64,000 nucleotides of DNA, taken from assembly GCA_964016885.1 (NCBI GenBank), contig OZ024759.1, positions 36,146,001-36,210,000 on the forward strand, in the 5' to 3' direction. Within the stretch, counting starts at the first letter, position 1. Every line of letters begins with the position of its first letter. Of the stretch, positions 58,566 through 64,000 are shown in pieces. Position numbers and translations under genes: made by a program. The DNA comes from Eledone cirrhosa (taxonomy: Eukaryota). The notes beneath the pieces were generated by a model. It was given only the letters and a program-made list of their open reading frames with translations. It was not told the origin of the DNA and ran no database searches.

Positions 58566-59991
58566 ATGTGTGTGTGTATAAGAGAGGGATGAATGTGTAG
58601 TTTGTGTGATGACAGCTGTACATGAAATTACCTCCCCTTGGGGATGATAATTATTATCAAAGGAGAAGATAAAGGAAGGAATTCCTGTCTCAATTAGTTC
58701 CAACTTGGATATTAATGTCTTTAGATAAAGACAGTAGTAGTGGTGGTGTGGTGGCGGTGGTATGGCAGTGGTGGTGTAGGGAGTAGTAGTGGTGGTGGTG
58801 GTGGCGTGGTAGTGGTGGTTGTGTCTCTGTTTATGTGTGTGAGTATGTATCTAAGTGTGTGTGTATGTGTCAATGTGTATGTTTCTGTGTGTGTGTATCT
58901 GCATTGACTTGAGGTTAGCTGTGTGTGTGGTGAGCTAGTGATCTAGTGACAGTGTTTACTGTACTATATTATATACTATATATTAATGGAATATAATATT
59001 AGTAATATCATGGTGTCATAACATCTTAAGAGAGTGGCATGGTTGGGTTCTTATAAGTAGACTATTATAAACAGGTTATACTGTAGTCTTAACCTTTTAC
59101 CATTTAAACTGGCTGTATCCAGCCAGAATTTTTTCACCGCTCTCTGTTCAAACTGGCTATAACTGGCCACTCATACTGATGTTAAGGTATTGTTCTCAAA
59201 ATAAGTTCCATCAAAATCTCATAGATTTGATAAAGCCTTTACCATGAAAATATAATAGTATATATAGAGTAATGTAAATGTTAAAGGGTTAAATCATTCA
59301 AATGAATAACCATCCTCCAGTATGGTCACAGTCTACTGACTGAAACAAAAGAATAAAAGTATAAATAATTTAAAAGAACTCTTTTGTCATCTATTTTAAC
59401 AGGAGTTAACCATTATTACCATCAAAGAGAAGAATCAGTGGCAATCATCCATTTCTAAGGTTTTACAAGAGAAACTGAAGGAAAAATTGACAAAATATCT
59501 TGGACTTGAAGCTGGAGATGTTGTCTTGTTAACTGCTGGAATTGGTGAACATCCTGTAAGTAAATAATGGGTTTACTACATCTTGTTAACTGTTGGAATT
59601 GGTAAACATCTGGGGTAAGTAAATAAGGGGTTTACAACATCTTGTTAACTGTTGGGATTGGTGAACATCCTGTAAGTAAATAATGGGTTTACTACATCTT
59701 GTTAACTGTTAGGTTTGGTGAACATCTGGTTATTACATCTTGTTAACTGTTAGGTTTGGTGAACATCTGGGGTAAGTAAAGAATGTGGTTACTTCATCTT
59801 TACTTCTATATATTCCTCTATTCCAGTATTCTATATTTTCATATATATTCTTCTATTCCAGTATTCTTTACTAGGTAAATTACGTCTAGAATGTGCCAGC
59901 ATGATGGAATCTAATGGTAAGTATTTACATGTGTGTGTATGTGTACCTGCCTGTAACTATATACCCTATTTATTGTTGTATTGAGTACTGA

Positions 59992-60073
<82 letters not shown>

Positions 60074-62754
60074 TTATATAACTGCTATAGATCAGTCAAT
60101 ATGTCAACATGATCAATCTTCCGAAACAATCGTAAAACAATGATATGAATAGGTAAAATAACTCGACTTTGTTGTTATTATTTTCATTGTTAAATTAATA
60201 CCTAATATATATATATATATATATATATATAACTTTGATAGGTTTTGGCCAGTATTATCCCAGGCAATGTCTACTTAATAGCACCACCTGGTGAAGTCTT
60301 TCAAATCAGGATTTGGACACCATGGCCCACTCAACTAGAAAGTTATTATTTAAGGAGACATCCGGCTGTAGGAGGTTTATCCAGGATTTCTTGGAGGAAT
60401 TTGTCCAAAGACTTTTTAAATTTTATATATACCCTTGAATTATTGTGTATGTATATATATGTGTGTGTGTATAATATACCAATAATGTGTTGTTTTTTTC
60501 TTTTTCATTTGTTTCTTTAGGTCTGAAACTACGAGATAAAGAAGAACTAAATTTTCTTTGGGTTGTAGATTTTCCACTTTTCCTGCCAAAAGAAGATGGT
60601 GGTAAGTCTCTATGCTAAACATTAACCCGTTTCTTTTCTTTTCAATGTCTGATAATACCTTACCGGCACCACCCAATGAATGGGGCCCTAACAGGTACTG
60701 CTGCTCCCGGCCAGAGCAGACCTGGGAGTGATAACAATTAACGTGTAACTCCACATTCTCCACAGCTTCTGAATTCCCAAACTGGAGCCTTGCCACTGGA
60801 TGCAGTTAAAGTTGTACCCAGGACATTGTAAGAGTCATGCTGTGTATAAGACCATATTAACTAATGAGTACTTCCTATTGTTATGATGGTAGGATGTAGA
60901 TTTAGGGGAATTTGGCTGCTTTTCCTAGCAGATTGTAAGTCATGCAGTGTTTAAGGCCATATTATCTAATGTGTTCTTCCTTTTGTTATGATGGTAGGGT
61001 GTTGATTTAGAGGGATTTGGTTACTCTTTCTAGCAGATTGTAATTGTGCCATTTAAAGTTGTTGTTCTGACTTATTCATGCTCAGAGTTGCTGAAGCATG
61101 GAACAAACTACCTGCATCAGTTGTTAGCTGTCAAGACACTGCATCCTTTAAAACCTCCATGGAACAAACTACCTGCATCAGTTGTTAGCTGTCGAGACAC
61201 TGCATCCTTTAAAACCTCCATACTTCCTGAGATTCACCAACACAACACCTGATATTCCCTCCATACACACACGCACATGTATTTCATGACTCATACACTG
61301 TTCACTTCCCTGACATTTGTATATTATTCTATGTACTATAGATGCACCTTTGATGAGTTGTAGTGCACCTGAGCAGTGTACACAATAATTTCCATTATTA
61401 TTATTATTATTGTTCTTTGAGTCTCAGTCATTGATGTTAGTTAACTGGAAAGTTTGTTGAAATGAATTTCAAGCCACTACCTGCAGCCTCAGATATTCAG
61501 GACGTATCAGAGGGTTCTTGCTGTTCCCAGCAAGCATGCCTTTTGAAGCGTTCCAAAAAGCGTGAAGGGGCCAATTTTCTTTAACCATCCCTGGAAACTT
61601 TTTGAGATAGTCCCTAGTGCGCCTATGACAATCGGGACCACTTTGACTTCATGGCAGTTCCAAATCCTTTTTACCTCCCACTTTAAGTCCTGGTATCGGT
61701 TAATTTTCTCCCTCTCCTTCTCTTGCACTCTCGTGTCGAATGGGCAGGCCACATCCACAATCAGGCACAATCTTTTTTCCTTGCCCAAAACCACCAGGTC
61801 AGGTCTATTGTGTTCCAGTTTCTTGTCCGTCTGTATCCTAAAATCCCACAGCACCTTCACCTGATCGTTTTCTATCACCGCCTCTGGCTTATGCTCATAC
61901 CACTTCTCAGAATGTGGTAAATTGTTTACTTTGCATAGGTGACAGGGGATCACCCTGCCTATCACATCATGTCTCCAGCCTTTCTCTCTCCACAGATCCT
62001 GCACAGTGGGCTAGCCTCCTCCTTGTAAATATGGTGTTTCAACCACTTCGTTTTGAGGGCCTGCTCTTGCGCAGCCATTAGCATTCCTTCTGTAGCCTTT
62101 TTAAGGTCTCCTCTTTTCAACCAGTTCCATGTCTGTGGATCTCTGAATTCAGTTTTCTCAAAGAAGGTACTATGAAGGGATTTTTCATGAAGGCTGCTCT
62201 TTCTCCTTGTTATTTCCTCCTTGGACATCCCCTGGTCTATTGTCCTCTCCTTCAGTACAATTCTGAGCATTGGCTCCTTACTATCAGTCACGTATTTGTG
62301 TAGGTTGTTTTTCTCCATCTGAACACAGTCCTCTATGTTGATAAGACCTCTTCCACCTTCAGATCTCCTTAAATAGAGTCTATCGACATCACTCCTCTTG
62401 TGGAACATGTTGTAGATAGTCAATAGCTTCCTAGTCTTCCTATCCATTTCTTTTTGTTCAGCAACATTCCATTTCAGAATTCCCTCACTGTACCTAATAA
62501 TAGACACAGCTCGGGAATTTACTGCACTTATGGCATTCCTACTCTTCAGATGTGACTTTAATACGCTCCTTACTCTCCGAATGTATTCAGATCTTATCAA
62601 TTCCTTCATTTTTTTGTTCTTGATGTCATCAGCCTCCAGAACACCCAAATACTTGTATCCTTCTTCAGTGTCAATTTCCTTTATCATCTCACCTGTTGGT
62701 ACCTGGATTCCGTTGCTTCTGCTCAATTTACCCCCTCTTCATCACAAATACCAA

Positions 62755-62809
<55 letters not shown>

Positions 62810-63692
62810 CTCAATGAATTCTAAATATATTTTTATTTATCTTTATTTGGTTTTCTAGTTGGGTTAGAATCAGTCCATCATCCATTCACTGCTCCAGTGC
62901 CAGAACATCTTCAACTACTTTATACAGATCCCCTAAAGGTATGTTATTAGCGGTGGACTGGCAGTATCGGTAGAGGGTCGGACGCCATGCTTTCAAATCT
63001 CGTCGAGGTTAACTTTGCCTTTCATCCTTATGGGGTCGATAAAATAAAGTACCAGTAATTCACTGGGATAATTGCTGGCCTTGTGCCAAAAGTAGAAACA
63101 GTTATTAGTTATTACTAATTAGTTATATGTTACAGTTACTAATTAGTTGTATGTTAAAGTTATTACTAATTAATTGTATGTTAAAGTTATTACTAAATAA
63201 TTATATGTTTAATTACCAGGTGAAAGGTCAACATTATGACCTGGTATTAAATGGTCAAGAAATTGGTGGAGGATCAATACGGATCCACACGGCGAAAGAA
63301 CAAGTTTATGTGTTGGAGGAAATACTTCAGGTAGAGTTGTGTTGACTTGTTTAGAGGGTGGTGGAGTGGGGGAATTGGTAGAGCGTCCGATAAAATACTG
63401 TTGTCCTATCATCATCATCACCATGACCATCATTATCATCATCATCACTATCATCGTCGTCATCATCATCACCACCACTGCCACCATCATTATCGCCACC
63501 TCAGTCATCATCATCATCACCACCATCACCACCACCACCTCTATCACCACCACTGCCACCACCATCATCATCAGAGCTATTTTAAATTGTTAATCTTTGT
63601 TTTCTTCTTCTAATAGGAAGACAGCAGCCAACTTGAACACCTTTTGCATGCATTAGACTCCGGGTGCCCACCTCATGGAGGAATTGCCCTCG
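39630..63692 (+). CDS. DARS2: Mitochondrial aspartate--tRNA ligase (17 exons in window; final exon beyond 64000)
   Basis: Phase-consistent exons: 39630-39729, 43794-43966, 44400-44498, 44898-44996, 45542-45665, 46113-46159, 46572-46643, 48743-48847, 50237-50416, 50737-50844, 51033-51101, 59403-59555, 59862-59916, 60521-60601, 62859-62938, 63220-63330, 63617-63692. Motifs: basic transit-like N-terminus, [123 protein letters not shown]. Confidence 0.96.
40878..42096 (-). mobile_element. CR1-type LINE 3' end containing an amplified 61-bp minisatellite
   Basis: Minus strand reads [29 protein letters not shown]..., then a 3' UTR and (ATT)n tail. The same element lies on + at 61077-61411. Confidence 0.75.
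41087..42060. repeat. 61-bp minisatellite x~16
   Basis: Unit CCATGGAGGTTTTAAAGGATGCAGTGTCTCGACAGCTAACAACTGATGCAGGTAGTTTATT at 41141, 41202, 41263 and onward. Confidence 0.95.
43339..43620. repeat. 42-bp minisatellite x~7
   Basis: Unit CCAGCACTGCCAGTTTACAGAGTGGACTGGGTGCTATTTATCATGGCA-like, sharing the TTTACAGxGTGGACTGGGTGC core with the 45-bp family. Confidence 0.9.
47405..48700. repeat. 72-bp minisatellite x~18 amplified inside a piggyBac-type MITE (47330-48700)
   Basis: Unit GTAAAGCCTTTACTGTGAAAATACAATAGTATATATAGAGTAATGTAAATGTTATGTGAGATATTATGTGAG, with some 60-bp variants. It is preceded by MITE internal sequence and ends in the MITE terminus CTAAAGGGTT. Confidence 0.95.
48890..50157. repeat. 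~20-bp minisatellite GACTACATCTGT(TA)n, ~60 copies
   Basis: Constant GACTACATCTGT core with a variable-length TA spacer. It fills most of DARS2 intron 8. Confidence 0.95.
52001..52218. mobile_element. piggyBac-type MITE
   Basis: TTAACCATTTAGCATTTAAA...AAATGGTAAAGGGTTAA. Confidence 0.72.
52407..55250 (-). CDS. Leucine-rich-repeat single-pass membrane protein (Toll-like ectodomain, no TIR), 947 aa, nested antisense in DARS2 intron 11
   Basis: Single coding exon. ATG at 55250 follows an acceptor (TTCTCATCTTGCAG, exon edge 55274). It encodes a signal peptide ([23 protein letters not shown]), LRRNT CPHVCRC...AWC, about 20+ LxxLxLxxN repeats, [21 protein letters not shown]...YACKDP...FEC, a hydrophobic TM ([23 protein letters not shown], ~53158-53229) and a ~250-aa cytoplasmic tail. 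Confidence 0.9.
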   Translation of the reverse strand: MNFKIFRIFIIFSISLTQILTNATKHDCPHVCRCLEKPKAAWCRDLPSNFTNFTSTLTELHLTDINLGPTFSHNFPPMPQLELLDLSRNGIYLLGTKILHNLPALKTLILKENMVSTLAPLFFEKNNQLEYIDMSNNKFSTLPNHCMKYLNKLKVLNISYNILSTPSLMLGFQQTKKIQVIDYSGNKFHHFPTDAFLFSDKWYSDVGRHINLSYCNISKISPDTFHDFPNLVSLSLSGNPFISKENLTALMEDIQSHTSLKTLDLSFLHYPQITSVFENLEKITINKLDLSGNKIESIDPDLLQYLSTLHTLKINRNKLKSLDGLMRLDNLRYLDVSYNNINKLEIDFVKTLFKLEYFIGHHNKLVTVGSEELLLWKNLRHLDISHNKLELLNLPMMSYLDTLLVGHNILRSLLFPTGEMVLKTIDASNNKLTSMVPFQFSGMNYIHLVNYSYNDITMIHEQTFKGYTPKTIDLSGNKIRKLGHYGWEFATEVYFKNNSLKEIDKQAFYHMFNLEILDLGNNNITEILPGTFKHLQNLTTLLLSGNHFGSNTDFENVFNPLYRLKHLDLSANSLTVLSNASLKKNPHLKSIYLTFNNLTRIIPAMFSNIAKLERIDFSLNPYVCDCSLLPLRDWLRKTSAELHNKKSYACKDPPDRRGIDIWDFEVEYFECQKNLLYLTIFGSLTIFVVVVITILAMTRYIHEKCEQRRISKNFRMLNQYTIDWVQSRDQINPLLTGSLKKKPPSDIKEEEPKLKDKDNDKLKENSIVTEQGKKEIEKENIYVNCQELQQMKQNIQTKINRRAMTPDPFSGVKHDTNVHNYRRHSFAGNNGENYEHPWQYERRPQGFTDERNMALWRNQNQRKSSSMYHLYPDFGYGTIPARRPSYVDSWPHRYTPKISDSVLVHRPYPGYQYLQHPYYFRLYNRHSNRGQLRRNVPLRRSTTAQWL
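59089..59292. mobile_element. piggyBac-type MITE
   Basis: TTAACCTTTTACCATTTAAA...AAATGTTAAAGGGTTAA. Confidence 0.72.
59524..59785 (+). repeat. Tandem duplications (x5) of the DARS2 exon 12/intron 12 junction
   Basis: TCTTGTTAACTG..GGTGAACATC..GTAAGTAAA repeats starting at 59524, 59581, 59640, 59697 and 59738. Confidence 0.85.
61077..61411 (+). mobile_element. CR1-type LINE 3' end with (ATT)n tail; two copies of the 61-bp unit
   Basis: Reads [23 protein letters not shown]...[30 protein letters not shown]. Reverse complement of the element at 40878-42096. Confidence 0.75.
61412..62755 (-). mobile_element. 5'-truncated R4/Dong-like (RLE-encoding) non-LTR retrotransposon
   Basis: ORFs 61962-62726 and 61507-62004 encode the RT C-terminus ([31 protein letters not shown]), a broken zinc knuckle (CRICGER), RHD, and the RLE motif ([52 protein letters not shown]). 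It is flanked by (TAA)n on both sides. Confidence 0.88.
63395..63572. repeat. (CAT/CAC)n trinucleotide microsatellite
   Basis: Directly visible. Similar (ACT/ACC)n tracts lie at 55373-55520 and 56783-56856. Confidence 0.85.
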
Positions 63693-63777
63693 GTAAGTAC
63701 ACATTAAATAATCTTAACTTTTTTTTAATTAAGACAGTGTGTCTAAGTGGCTGAGTATACCTGACACATATGTCTTT

Positions 63778-63990
63778 TTAACCCTTTAACATTTACATTA
63801 CTCTATATTTACTGTTGTATTTTCATGGTAAAGGCTTTACCTCACATAATATCAAATCTATGAGATTTTGATATTTATTTTGAGAACAATACCTTAACAT
63901 CAGTATGAGTGGCCAGTTACGGCTGGTTTGAACAGAAAAAGGTGAGAGAATTCTGGCTGGATACAACCAGTTTAAATGTTAAAGGGTTAA
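63778..63990. mobile_element. piggyBac-type MITE (reverse orientation)
   Basis: TTAACCCTTTAACATTTACA...TTTAAATGTTAAAGGGTTAA. Confidence 0.75.
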
Positions 63991-64000
63991 AATCAAAGTA

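Noticed and set aside
10965-63105. Multiple GTTCAAATCC/GTTCGATTCC B-box hits as tRNA genes
   Set aside because: All sit in SINE heads, and no complete cloverleaf could be built.
63209-63613. Poly-His, poly-Thr/Ile and poly-Met/Val ORFs (also 55332-55589 and 56693-56920)
   Set aside because: They are trinucleotide microsatellites in introns.

Overview
AT-rich, repeat-dense eukaryotic DNA with spliceosomal GT-AG introns. The SINE/LINE/MITE content and very long (TA)n/(CA)n tracts suggest an octopus or other coleoid cephalopod (inference). Five protein-coding genes can be reconstructed by hand. (1) The 5' six exons of a SMARCAD1-like chromatin remodeller with two CUE-like domains (- strand, 12133 to 5185, continuing left of the window). 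(2) An intronless long-form UFM1 protease UFSP2 (- strand, 18152-~20045), whose likely start codon is out of frame with the main ORF. (3) A complete 14-exon RABL6/RBEL1 (- strand, 37967 to 23714). (4) Mitochondrial aspartyl-tRNA synthetase DARS2 (+ strand, 17 exons from 39630, last exon beyond the window), head-to-head with RABL6. (5) A 947-aa LRR transmembrane receptor with a Toll-like ectodomain but no TIR domain, nested antisense in DARS2 intron 11. The rest is transposon-derived: CRE-, R4/Dong-, RTE- and CR1-like LINE fragments, tRNA-derived SINEs, and piggyBac-, hAT- and Tc1-type MITEs. There are many minisatellites, several of which are visibly amplified from internal segments of transposons that also occur un-amplified elsewhere in the window. 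No prokaryote-type system (CRISPR, operon) is present. Most ORFs in the track are microsatellite or minisatellite artefacts.
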